A stretch of 64,000 nucleotides of DNA from an uncultured Nitrospiraceae bacterium (GCA_963727805.1 CAVSHF010000003.1:1280001-1344000); one strand, 5' to 3'; counted from the stretch's first letter, positions 29,294-39,485 are shown. Notes: generated by a model from the letters alone, not told the origin. Made by a program: numbers and translations.

Positions 29294-31387
29294 ATGACAG
29301 AACAGACTTCTGTTTTTAGCATGTGCGGCATGTGCGCTGTGAGATGCCCCATCCGCGTCGAAGTTGAAGGTGGTGCCGTGACTTGGATCGAGGGCAATCC
29401 GCATGTGCCGGGCATCGAGGGGGCACTCTGCGCCAAAGGTTCTGCTGGACTTGCCTTTGAATACGACGCGGAAAGACCTCAGCATCCGATGATCAGAAGA
29501 GGTGCAAGGGGGGCCGGCAAGTGGGCACAAGCCACGTGGGACGAGGCCCTCGATTATATCGCCGACAAACTCAAAGAGGTGACAGACAAGCACGGAGACA
29601 GAGCCATTGCACTCGCGGACCGTTGCGGCCCCTTCACCGACCTGACTAAGAGTTTCCTCAAGTCTCTCGGCTCGCCCAACTATTTCGACCACGACGACTC
29701 TTGCGCGATGAACGTAAACATGGCCTGCCAATCTCTTTTCGGGTACGGCCGCGGTGAGTTGGGCTATGACTTTTCGAACACGAAGTATATCGTACTCTTC
29801 GGTCGTAATATCTTCGAATCCCTCCAAGTCAAAGAGGTGAACACGGTCTTGGACGGCATGGAGAAAGGCGCGAAGATGGTTTACATCGATATCAGAGCCA
29901 CAGTAACCGCATCAAAGGCCGATAAGTTCCTAACGATTCGTCCCGGAAGCGACTATGCTATGTTGCTTGCCCTTGTTAACACAGTTTTGAAAGAACGGCT
30001 TTATGATGCGGCATATGTCAATCGCTATGTGTCGGGACTTGCAGAGCTTGAAGCCTTCGTTGCGGCCTACACCCCCGAGTGGGCCGAAAAGGAGACAGGC
30101 ATTCCTGCCCACGAGATATACACCATAGCGCACGACGCGGCAGCTGCCAAGCCGAACGTCATATTCCACGGCGGCTGGATGCTGTCCAGATACATCGATT
30201 CCTTCTATGCCAGCAGGATGCTTTATATCCTTAACGCCCTTCTGGGTAGTGTCGAGTCTAGAGGAGGCATCATCATTGCCAAGGGGCCGAAGGATACTGG
30301 CAGAAAGGGGCTAAAGTCTTTGGGCGCTCATATTCCGGATGTATCAGACACGATTGTGGATACCGACATGAAAAAGAAGTCACTCGGTACAGGCCACATG
30401 GTCAATCTCTATAAGGCGATCAGGACCGGAGAACCCTACCCTGTGAAAGCCTTCATCGCGTACCGATTCGATCCGATAGCGGCATTCCCGGATCCCGATG
30501 AACAACGGCAGGTGCTGGATAATCTCGACCTGCTAGTAGCGATAGATGTGAATTATAGCGATACCGCGTGGCATGCTGACGTGATTCTGCCCGAGGCAAC
30601 ATATCTTGAACGTTCGAACATCATCGCGACACAAAAAGGGCCGAAACCGGCATTTGTCATGAGAAGGCAAGCAATGGCACCACGCTACGACAGCAAACCC
30701 GCCTGGGAGATCTTCACGCTTCTTGCCGAGCGCATGGGCGCTGGCCGGTATTTTCCTTACAAGAACATAGATGACATCTGGAACTATCAGCTCGAGGGCA
30801 CTGGTGTGGAGATCGAAGACTTCGGCGCAAAGGGTCTTGTAAGCCTTGCCAAGGACCCGATCATAATGCCGCGTGATTCCATCAAGTTCACAACTGCATC
30901 AGGAAAAATCGAGTTGGTCTCATCGAAGCTCGAAAAGGCAGTATTCTCATCATTCGCTCCATATGTGACCCCAAAGAAACCCGAAGTGGGATTCTTCCGT
31001 CTTGCCTTCGGCCGCACTGCTGTGCATGCACATGCGCAGTCACAAAACAATCCATACCTCAATGAGCTTGTTCCCAAAAACACTCTGTGGATAAACGATG
31101 GCGAGGCAGAGAAGCTTGGCATTAAAAACGGTGATGACGTCGAAGTAAGCACCGAAGGTTATAGCGGGAAGATCAGGGCCTATGTTACCGCATACATTCA
31201 TCCAGAAGCGGTATTCATGCTCCATGGCTTTGGAAACGAAGTGCCGCTCAAGACGAGGTCCTTCAAAAAGGGACTACGAGATACCAAGTTCCAGAAGGGA
31301 CTTATTGAAACGGTTGATCCTGTTGGCGGTGGGGTCGCGTATCTCGAATGCATGGTTAGCGTGAAAAAGGCATCTGGGGGGCAATAA
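29294..31387 (+). CDS. Mo/W-bisPGD oxidoreductase catalytic subunit, PsrA/PhsA-like, no Tat signal
   Basis: CGMCAVRC...LCAKG [4Fe-4S] motif at residue 11, putative Cys ligand HDDSC, IRPGSDYA, ADVILPEATYLER, VFMLHGFG. Confidence 0.9.
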   Translation: MTEQTSVFSMCGMCAVRCPIRVEVEGGAVTWIEGNPHVPGIEGALCAKGSAGLAFEYDAERPQHPMIRRGARGAGKWAQATWDEALDYIADKLKEVTDKHGDRAIALADRCGPFTDLTKSFLKSLGSPNYFDHDDSCAMNVNMACQSLFGYGRGELGYDFSNTKYIVLFGRNIFESLQVKEVNTVLDGMEKGAKMVYIDIRATVTASKADKFLTIRPGSDYAMLLALVNTVLKERLYDAAYVNRYVSGLAELEAFVAAYTPEWAEKETGIPAHEIYTIAHDAAAAKPNVIFHGGWMLSRYIDSFYASRMLYILNALLGSVESRGGIIIAKGPKDTGRKGLKSLGAHIPDVSDTIVDTDMKKKSLGTGHMVNLYKAIRTGEPYPVKAFIAYRFDPIAAFPDPDEQRQVLDNLDLLVAIDVNYSDTAWHADVILPEATYLERSNIIATQKGPKPAFVMRRQAMAPRYDSKPAWEIFTLLAERMGAGRYFPYKNIDDIWNYQLEGTGVEIEDFGAKGLVSLAKDPIIMPRDSIKFTTASGKIELVSSKLEKAVFSSFAPYVTPKKPEVGFFRLAFGRTAVHAHAQSQNNPYLNELVPKNTLWINDGEAEKLGIKNGDDVEVSTEGYSGKIRAYVTAYIHPEAVFMLHGFGNEVPLKTRSFKKGLRDTKFQKGLIETVDPVGGGVAYLECMVSVKKASGGQ

Positions 31388-31894
31388 ATGAGCATTTATT
31401 ACATATATCAGGACCAGAATCGATGTATTGGCTGTTACGCCTGTGAGGTGCACTGCAAGACCAAGAATAATCTTCCGGTCGGACCGCGTTTTTGTAGGAT
31501 TATACCTGTGGGGCCAAAACCGGTCAGGGGAATACCGAAACTCAATTTCGTCTTCATGCCCTGCTTTCACTGTGAGAAGCCGTGGTGCGCATCTGCGTGC
31601 CCCACGGGTGCTATGCAGAAGCGGGCAAGGGACGGCATAGTCTTCGTCGATGCATCGCTGTGCGTCGGCTGCAAATCATGCATCACTGCATGTCCGTGGG
31701 GTGTGCCGCAATGGGACTGTACAACGGGCAAGGTGATCAAATGCGATTACTGCAAGGACAGGGTCGACAGAGGTTTGAAGCCTGCATGCGTGACCAAATG
31801 TACTGCTCACGCCCTGCGGTGGGTGTCTCCTGACGAGGCGTCTGAATTAAAGAGGGAAAGGTTTGCCAAGGATATCACTGAAAATCAACAGTAG
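31388..31894 (+). CDS. Four-cluster Fe-S electron-transfer subunit (PsrB/DmsB-like)
   Basis: CIGCYACEVHC, CFHCEKPWCASACP, CVGCKSCITACP, CDYC...PACVTKC. Confidence 0.92.
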   Translation: MSIYYIYQDQNRCIGCYACEVHCKTKNNLPVGPRFCRIIPVGPKPVRGIPKLNFVFMPCFHCEKPWCASACPTGAMQKRARDGIVFVDASLCVGCKSCITACPWGVPQWDCTTGKVIKCDYCKDRVDRGLKPACVTKCTAHALRWVSPDEASELKRERFAKDITENQQ

Positions 31895-32648
31895 GGAAGT
31901 GCAGGCGGCCGAGGGCATGACAGTCCTCGAAGCTGCGCGCCAGGAGGGGGTCGACATTCCTACCCTCTGCTATCTCAAGGCACTAGGTCCCTACGGCGTA
32001 TGCCGACTTTGCATAGTCGAGGCAGAGGGGCCAGGGCTTATTCCCACAATACTTCCTTCCTGTAACCTGACGATTTCAGAAGGTCTCATCGTCATAACGA
32101 ATTCTCCTGTCATTCAGTCAATGAGAAGGACCATCCTAGAACTACTCCTAGCAAGCACGCCTTTAACAGAAGCCCTGAGAGTGATTGCGGATAAGTTCGG
32201 ACTAGAGACTTCACGATTCAAGTCAGCAAAGAGCGATCCATGTTTTTTGTGTGGTCTCTGCGTAAGGGTCTGCTGCGACAGGATTGGCGCTTCGGCCCTC
32301 TCATTTACAAGTGTCGGGAATGAACAAGTGGTTGCAGAACGAATACGGATGAACGCGGAATTGTGCATAGGCTGCGGCACCTGTGCGAACATATGCCCTA
32401 TGCAGGCTATGCAACTCGAAGATGCGGAAGCCGAGAGAAGGATTATACTATATGGCGAGGTTGTAAAAAGATTTGATCTGGTCAAATGCGACGGCTGTGG
32501 TACACCGTATACTACACAGAAATTCATAGACTCCATTATCTCACGACTCGCTGATGAACAGAGATGCGGCCTTAAGAATCTATGTCCTGAATGCGCCCGT
32601 CAATACTATGCCGAAGCTCTCACGGGACAATTCCCCTCTGAAGGATAG
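31863..32648 (+). CDS. [2Fe-2S]/[4Fe-4S] protein resembling the N-terminus of NuoG/[FeFe]-hydrogenase
   Basis: IPTLC...GVCRLC...PSC, CFLCGLCVRVC, CIGCGTCANICP, CDGC...CPEC. Confidence 0.85.
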   Translation: MPRISLKINSREVQAAEGMTVLEAARQEGVDIPTLCYLKALGPYGVCRLCIVEAEGPGLIPTILPSCNLTISEGLIVITNSPVIQSMRRTILELLLASTPLTEALRVIADKFGLETSRFKSAKSDPCFLCGLCVRVCCDRIGASALSFTSVGNEQVVAERIRMNAELCIGCGTCANICPMQAMQLEDAEAERRIILYGEVVKRFDLVKCDGCGTPYTTQKFIDSIISRLADEQRCGLKNLCPECARQYYAEALTGQFPSEG

Positions 32649-32653
32649 TATAG

Positions 32654-34636
32654 ATGTCGCGTGAGAGGTCAATCAAGTACTGGAACAACAAACCAATGGG
32701 AAATGCACCGCCACTCAGGTACGGTGACCGAAAAGTCGCTGCTGTAATCGGATGGGGCGGCATCCAGGTGTTCGACACGCACGTTGACCTTATCAAGGTT
32801 TGTTATGAATATGCCCAAGCTGTGCAGAACAATTCGTGCGGCCAGTGCATCCCATGCAGGACTGGGATGAGGGTGCTCGCAGGCCTTTTTGCAAAGATCA
32901 GTGCAGGTCGCGGCGAGGGAAAAGACCTTGAGTATATAGAAGAGCTTTCAATGACGATTTCAAGGTCTTCGATGTGTGAGATAGGACAGAGCTCGCCAAG
33001 AGTCTTTCTCTACCTGCTTGAAAACTTCAGGGATACCTTCGTCGCCGCCCTGAAAGACAAACCTGGAGTTAAGAGTGACGGAAGCAGGCGGTATTCATTC
33101 CATTCAATGCTAACAGCACCGTGCATGCAGGCTTGTCCAATCCACCTCGACATCCCAAAATACATTGAGGATATTAAGACAGGAAGATTTCGGGAATCCC
33201 TCGAGATTATAAAGATTAGGCTTCCCCTCCCTGGCATTGTCGGAAGGGTTTGCGTGCGGCCCTGCGAATTCAATTGCCGGAGGGAGTTGGTGGATGAGCC
33301 CATCCAGATAAGACATCTTAAGAGGTTCGTCGCGGATTATGCGCGCGATCATGCTCAAGACTCATCGGATAAACATGTCCCTAAGACGACAGCTGCCGTT
33401 AATTTCAAACAACACGCCGCACCACAAAAGGTTGCCGTCATCGGGGCAGGACCGTCAGGTCTCACGTGCGCTTCCTTCCTAGCAAAGGCAGGTTATGACG
33501 TCACTATCTTCGAAATGCTCCCTGAGGCCGGAGGTATGGCAGCAGTAGGGATTCCGGATTATCGCCTCCCCCGCTACATTGTTCGCGGTGAAGTTGAGGA
33601 AATAGAAAAACTAGGCGTCAAAATCGTTTATGGTAAAGCCCTGGGCCCTAGTTTCACCCTGGATGACCTTGAAAAGGACGGGTATAAAGCAACATTCATC
33701 GGCATGGGCTGCCATTGTCATAAGAGCCTCGGCATAGAAGGTGAAGACAAAGGGTATTATGGGTATGTGCCAGGCGTCTACTTTCTACGGAACATAAACC
33801 TCGGACTTTATGATGAGATTCCCAAAGGAAAGAAGATGGTGGTAGTCGGCGGCGGCAATGTTGCCATAGACTGCGTGCGGACCGCCTTCAGGGTGGGTTT
33901 TGATGAGTCCCATATCGTATACCGCAGGTCACGGAAAGAGATGCCGGCAGATCAGGTTGAGATCGATGATGCAGAGTCTGAGGGAGTCAGCTTTCATTTC
34001 CTGACCGCGCCCAACCGTATCATAGGGGAGAACGACAAAGTGAAAGGACTCGAATGCCTGAGGATGGAACTCGGAGAACCCGACTCATCCGGTCGGAGAA
34101 GGCCAGTCGTAGTCCCCGGCTCGGAGTTCGTCATCGAGGCAGATGTGATTGTAGCCGCCATCGGCCAGGAAGGGGATTTCAACTGCATGTGCAATCTGCC
34201 GGGTGTGGAGGTGTCGAAAAAAGGGGCGATCCTCGTCGATGAAAATCTGATGACATCACGAAAAGGCGTCTTCGCGGGAGGAGACTGCGTCACCGGTCCT
34301 GACGTCCTCATAAAAGCATGCGCGCATGGAAGACGAATCGGCATGGCTATAGACAAGTATCTGATCGATGGCAGCTTGGCCCCCTTGGGAGAGGTAACGG
34401 ATGAGAAGTTCCTGGAACAACTGAAGTTATATGATTCATCCGAAGTCATCGCTCTTCCCGCAGGCACGGGACGAATACCAGTCCGTCACGAACCATCCGC
34501 TGAGAGGAAGAAAGACTTTCGTGAAGTCGATAAAGGATTCACCCCCGAAGAGGCCGTTGCAGAGGCATCGAGATGTCTCAGATGCTATCGTGTGGTAATG
34601 TACGCCTGTGCCCGCTATGGAACTGATGAGATATAG
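32654..34636 (+). CDS. GltD/SfrB-like NAD(P)H:FAD Fe-S oxidoreductase with N-terminal NuoF-type [4Fe-4S] domain
   Basis: SCGQCIPCR...SMCEIG, APCMQACP, GRVCVRPCEFNC, GAGPSG, GGGNVAIDC...YRRSRKEMPA, FAGGD, RCLRC. Confidence 0.9.
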   Translation: MSRERSIKYWNNKPMGNAPPLRYGDRKVAAVIGWGGIQVFDTHVDLIKVCYEYAQAVQNNSCGQCIPCRTGMRVLAGLFAKISAGRGEGKDLEYIEELSMTISRSSMCEIGQSSPRVFLYLLENFRDTFVAALKDKPGVKSDGSRRYSFHSMLTAPCMQACPIHLDIPKYIEDIKTGRFRESLEIIKIRLPLPGIVGRVCVRPCEFNCRRELVDEPIQIRHLKRFVADYARDHAQDSSDKHVPKTTAAVNFKQHAAPQKVAVIGAGPSGLTCASFLAKAGYDVTIFEMLPEAGGMAAVGIPDYRLPRYIVRGEVEEIEKLGVKIVYGKALGPSFTLDDLEKDGYKATFIGMGCHCHKSLGIEGEDKGYYGYVPGVYFLRNINLGLYDEIPKGKKMVVVGGGNVAIDCVRTAFRVGFDESHIVYRRSRKEMPADQVEIDDAESEGVSFHFLTAPNRIIGENDKVKGLECLRMELGEPDSSGRRRPVVVPGSEFVIEADVIVAAIGQEGDFNCMCNLPGVEVSKKGAILVDENLMTSRKGVFAGGDCVTGPDVLIKACAHGRRIGMAIDKYLIDGSLAPLGEVTDEKFLEQLKLYDSSEVIALPAGTGRIPVRHEPSAERKKDFREVDKGFTPEEAVAEASRCLRCYRVVMYACARYGTDEI

Positions 34637-34842
34637 TGCTGCGAAAGCTGCATAAAAATCAGTAGCAGATCATTGGGTGGTCTTTCTGGTAATTCTCACA
34701 TCGGCATCTACTTGTTGCTCATCATGTTTCAACTGGAACTCTATATAGCCGCACAAGCTCATCATGATTTTACCCGTAAAGACTTCAGAATGTAGAAGTC
34801 TGTTGCAAAGGAGGTACAATCCCACTTACTGGCTCCATTCCA

Positions 34843-35328
34843 CTACTTATCGGCCAGATGAAAATGCAAATATGTGACGTCCTGAAACCCAGGCCCATTG
34901 GTACATAGGCGATATTTGTATAACTTATCTTTTTCAATAATCTGTCTTGAGACAAGGTATGCGTCGATCAAATACGGAGCATCCGCCTCAGAAAGCTCTC
35001 CAATATTCTTAATATCTTTCTTGGGAATAATAACATAATGAAAATGCTTTTTTTGTAATGGCAGCTTTATGGCAATTGTTTTGTCAGTTTCCAAAACGAT
35101 GAATGGTATCATGCTGGGTAATTTTTGTATTCCGACCGATGCGAGCAGACCGGCTAGTTCATTGGGGCTCAAACAATTTTGACACTGGTTTAGTGCAAGC
35201 AGTGATCGCGGCTGCGATTGCGAAAACAGATATCCTCCAATCACAATGCCGACAAACAACAATAATAGAGATAGAGTTGCAACTCTCCATCTACTCATCG
35301 TATTATGGCCACTATTTAAATTGGTCAT
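34843..35328 (-). CDS. HIT-like domain protein with N-terminal TM/signal segment
   Basis: HYVIIPKKDI, TNGPGFQDVTYLHFH, hydrophobic N-terminus. Confidence 0.7.
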   Translation of the reverse strand: MTNLNSGHNTMSRWRVATLSLLLLFVGIVIGGYLFSQSQPRSLLALNQCQNCLSPNELAGLLASVGIQKLPSMIPFIVLETDKTIAIKLPLQKKHFHYVIIPKKDIKNIGELSEADAPYLIDAYLVSRQIIEKDKLYKYRLCTNGPGFQDVTYLHFHLADK

Positions 35329-35726
35329 TGTAAAAACAAAAGTATAATATCAATTCTGTAAAGCTTAAAAGGGGATAATCCTCAAGGCTTTCATAATAAC
35401 CTCGCTGCCCCATAGATTCACTGTTCTAATCATCACAATTATATCAAACTTGAAGAGCACATTTCAGAAATGACGTAATAATATTTTGTCGCAAGTCGGA
35501 GGACTTACTCTCTCTCGTACTCTTCTAAATATAATTTATTGCAAGGATGCGACTTCCCCCTAAAAGTCTGCAATACTGTGCAGCCGAACCGGCGATGATA
35601 ATATGATAGGGAATGCCCTGACCCTCAGCTCTTTTGCTCTCGCTTAAGGAACTACTATTATTGAGCTGTTCAAATAGCTGGCTTATCCTGTATCACTCAT
35701 TTACCCAGAGCATTGCCGATGGGCTA

Positions 35727-36536
35727 TCAGTCGCCAAACGGCAATATCGGCATCACGTAAACATTAATTTCTTTAACGCCAGGGATATTTTTGGCAGACT
35801 CTTTTATATTCTCAATGAGTATGTCTTCCTGATGTGCTGTAGCGCTCGTTTTAATCGATACAATACCTTCTTTGGCATATACTACCGCATCCGGAGCGTA
35901 CTCTAATATTGCAACTTTTACTCTGGCCGCGACAAGCATCTCATGAAGAACCTCTTGAGACCCTGGAGAAGCTTTGAATTGATTCAGGCGAATCGTTTGG
36001 CAGATAATATCAACAGCATCATCAACGGATATCTTCTTGATATGAATTATCAAGTCATACAGACTTGAATCGTTAGTGTCAATCCCATAAACATGGTGAC
36101 TCCATTTTCTTCTTTCTTCGTCATCATTTTTTAAAAGACGGGCTGCCTCTTTTTCTGACATTTTTTCACGTTCCATCTCCCACTTTATTCGATCTGCCAT
36201 ATCAGCAATGATCCTCACCTTCAATACATGGGAGACGCCTTTGAGCAGAAAATGTCCAGCGAGTCCATGGTAGACGACATTATCTTTACTCAGATGCTCA
36301 AGAAAAGCTACCTGATAGTACGCAATAAATTTCTCTTTCCCATATGTAAATTCATCTAAAATTGAAGGCGCATCATGCAGTGCCCGTTCGAGTTTAACTG
36401 CAGGTATATTGAATTCTTGTGACGCCTCAATAATTGCCTCGCGAGCAATACACTCATATCCAACCTTCTTAGCAACCTTTTCCGCAATTTCCTTCCCTTT
36501 GGTATATGAACCTCTTGAAATAGTAATTATAGACAT
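35727..36536 (-). CDS. Cytidylate-kinase-like family protein with C-terminal BON-like domain
   Basis: ITISRGSYTKGKEIAE, VVYHGLAGHF, LKVRIIA, YDLII, C-terminal IPGVKEI. Confidence 0.8.
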   Translation of the reverse strand: MSIITISRGSYTKGKEIAEKVAKKVGYECIAREAIIEASQEFNIPAVKLERALHDAPSILDEFTYGKEKFIAYYQVAFLEHLSKDNVVYHGLAGHFLLKGVSHVLKVRIIADMADRIKWEMEREKMSEKEAARLLKNDDEERRKWSHHVYGIDTNDSSLYDLIIHIKKISVDDAVDIICQTIRLNQFKASPGSQEVLHEMLVAARVKVAILEYAPDAVVYAKEGIVSIKTSATAHQEDILIENIKESAKNIPGVKEINVYVMPILPFGD

Positions 36537-36698
36537 TACGATCCTCCATCAGAAAACTAATTCATTATAGATGCCATAAGGCATCTTTGCATCAGGCATA
36601 AAGCTTATTTTGCCGAAAAAATATATTAAAGTAAAGTATATTAACCAGATTAGAGTTAACGATATTATAAAATAAGGTTGTGACATAAGCTGCTGGTT

Positions 36699-38606
36699 TC
36701 ATTCAGGCTTTCCAGGCAACGTCCCTTGCGCGTCAGCGTCAGCGTCAGCTTCGCCTTCAGATACTGTCTTGCCTGGACATAATTTAACCGGCTCTGTCCT
36801 GCAGTAAGGATATTTCACCGTCTCGCATTCCCAGAAGACAAGGTTAGGACATTTCTCCCGGCAGTGGGTGTAGTCGATTCTATTGAAAAGTCTTGTTATC
36901 GAATCACCTTTCGAAAGGAACCAGTGATCCTGCTCGAAAATACGCTTGAGCCCAGACCGTTCCAGCACATCAGCAACTGGAGTCTTCACATTGGCCAGAT
37001 ATACCTCTACGCCCTTCTTTTTAAGTTCCAGCACCAGTTCGCGCATCTCATCCACACCGGTAGAGTCGATTTTGTTGACCATCTCCAGGTCAAGTAGAAT
37101 GTATTTGAGATTGTCCTTAAATATCTCTGCTTTTTCGAGTACAGACTTGCGGAAGGATTCGGCATTAGCAAAATATATTGAGAAATCCGGTAGGAGATAG
37201 ATGATCTGGGGACAGACTGGCAGTTTTTTTGCTTCGGCGTTAACAAAAATCTCGGATCTGGGATCGCGGGTTAGCATGATCATGCGTGGAGTCATGGATT
37301 CCCAAAGAAAGAGCAAGAGCGAGAGGGCTATACCGATGAAGATTGCGTAATCAGGCTTGGTAATGACTGCAAAGAGGAAAGTCGTGAGGGCCACAATGCC
37401 GTCATGCTTGTTTGTCCTGAGAAGCTTCGCAAACTGGCTTTGTCTCACCAGACCGACTACTGCCGAGATGACTATGGCGGCCAATGTTGCCTTCGGAAGG
37501 TGATGGAAAGCCGACGTAAAAAATACGAGAGTGGCAATTACGATGCATCCCGAAAAGACATTCGACAGCGCGGTCCTACCACCGGCCTGGAGGTTCACGG
37601 CGCTGCTGGAAAAGGAGCCGCTTACCGGATAAGCATGAAAAAATGACCCCACCAGGTTAGCCGCGCCCTGGCCGATCAACTCCTGGTCAATATCGACAGA
37701 TTGTTTTGTTTTTTCAGAGATCGCTTTTGTAATTGCCATGGCTTCCATGAAGCCTACGATGGCGATAATAAGGCCAGGGCCGATGAGGCGGAAAATAGCC
37801 TCAAGGTTCGCTGCCGCCGAGACAACACCGTGCAGATCGATGTTCTCCTGTGGAACCATGGGCCCCATATACTGCCAGAAAGGGATGATGATCGAGGGCA
37901 GACCGGCAGGCATATCCCCTATGGTCCTCACCCCATAGCGGTCGATAGAAAAAAAATAGCTGATAAGCGTGGTAACAACAATAGCTATCATTGTAACCGG
38001 CAATTTACCACTTACCTTGCGGCCACCAAAAATGATCGTGAGAGAAAGTAAACCGATACCAAATGTGAGGAGATTAACATGAGAAACATTTTTTACGATA
38101 TCGACAAATATGGGGAAGATGAACTCGCTGTCTCTCACCTGTATGCCGAACAGGTGCTTAACCTGCGTCGTAGCGATAATGATTGCAGCGGCGTTGGTAA
38201 ACCCCGTTATGACGGGATGCGACACGAACCTCATGATAAAGCCGAGCTTTAAGATGCCCATCAAAAGCTGGAAAGTGCCGACTATGGCCGCCAAGTTAAT
38301 GGCAATGATTATGAACTCAGGCGTTCCTGGCTTCGCAAAGGGAAGGACCGATGCGAAGGTAAGGAGGCTGACAATGGCGACCGGCCCCGTAGCGAGTTGG
38401 CTAGACCGACCCCACAGAGCCCCCACAATAGGGGGAATGCTAGCTCCATAGAGCCCATATATAGGAGGCAGGCCGGCAATCATGGCATTGGACATTGACT
38501 GCGGAATGAGGACCGCCGCAACTGTGATACTGGCAATCAAGTCCTGAGGAAGGTCTTCTTTTCGGTAGTCCTTCAGCCAGCCTATAAACGGAAGAAATCT
38601 TTGCAT
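36699..38606 (-). CDS. sulP: SulP/SLC26 anion transporter with STAS domain
   Basis: LIPQSMS, GLPPIYGLY, ATGPVAI, GFTNAAA, QELIGQG, STAS (IYFANAE, IDSTG). Confidence 0.92.
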   Translation of the reverse strand: MQRFLPFIGWLKDYRKEDLPQDLIASITVAAVLIPQSMSNAMIAGLPPIYGLYGASIPPIVGALWGRSSQLATGPVAIVSLLTFASVLPFAKPGTPEFIIIAINLAAIVGTFQLLMGILKLGFIMRFVSHPVITGFTNAAAIIIATTQVKHLFGIQVRDSEFIFPIFVDIVKNVSHVNLLTFGIGLLSLTIIFGGRKVSGKLPVTMIAIVVTTLISYFFSIDRYGVRTIGDMPAGLPSIIIPFWQYMGPMVPQENIDLHGVVSAAANLEAIFRLIGPGLIIAIVGFMEAMAITKAISEKTKQSVDIDQELIGQGAANLVGSFFHAYPVSGSFSSSAVNLQAGGRTALSNVFSGCIVIATLVFFTSAFHHLPKATLAAIVISAVVGLVRQSQFAKLLRTNKHDGIVALTTFLFAVITKPDYAIFIGIALSLLLFLWESMTPRMIMLTRDPRSEIFVNAEAKKLPVCPQIIYLLPDFSIYFANAESFRKSVLEKAEIFKDNLKYILLDLEMVNKIDSTGVDEMRELVLELKKKGVEVYLANVKTPVADVLERSGLKRIFEQDHWFLSKGDSITRLFNRIDYTHCREKCPNLVFWECETVKYPYCRTEPVKLCPGKTVSEGEADADADAQGTLPGKPE

Positions 38607-39344
38607 CGTATCAGAGCTCTCCTTCCCTACATTGATGATCGATAGTATACTGGTGTAACCGGTTAATAATTCTGAGACTTAAGAATTCTAGTTATTTACT
38701 ACTTTATATTTATAACTTATTTTAGTGAAGTCTTCAAGCCTGACCGTTACCAAGCAATATGTCTCCTTTGATATTCAACCACTTTTTTTCAGCACATCTT
38801 CAGATATGTTCTTTCGGCTGTGACGTATTCTATTTGTATCGAGATAAACTTTTATGGTATCCGTTTTCATGGCGTTTAGTGAATTTCTTATTCAAGCTGT
38901 TAATGCCGGAAGAGTGCCAGAGTCTACCTTTTTTGTGGGAATCTGCATGTTTTATTTTCGCAATATTCGCATTCACAAGTGCTAGCTGTAGACTCTTCAA
39001 ATGTCTCGAATGTAAAGCTCGTAGGTAGAAGAGCTGAGAAAGAAGATTGACGCTTTTTTCAGAAATTAGCATTTCTGCAGTTATCGTTGGACAAACGATT
39101 TGACGTGAAATGTCCATCAAAACTGCGTTCTTACAGTCTCAAAATGAATCTGTTCTTTTGGCCACTTTGTACCTCCAGTATTAGCTTAACGCCAATATCG
39201 GCGATGCAGAGTTCCGGAACGGGCGGATCGAGGAAAGCAATAGGCTTCTTGATAATACTGTCGCATCAGCTAAAAGGATGGAGAAAACCAGACAAGCCAT
39301 GATCGTATATTGACGTGACTGCCCCCTCAAAGAATGCCGAGTTC

Positions 39345-39485
39345 AATCGCTTTATATCCCTCTGCCGAACCATGATAATGTCCTTTCCCGCCATACCGCC
39401 TCCATTTCAAAAGGACAGTATAGCAATCCCTACAACAGGACATTTCTGCTTTGCTCTAATAGGACATTATCACTTTGCTGTTACA
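39345..39485 (-). mobile_element. Left end of an ISNCY/IS1202-like (IS481-related) element with truncated transposase start
   Basis: Minus strand begins TGTAACAGC with two imperfect 19-nt repeats (39437-39455, 39461-39479). RBS GGAGG, then MAGKDIIMVRQRDIKRL from 39394, which breaks off. Confidence 0.65.
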
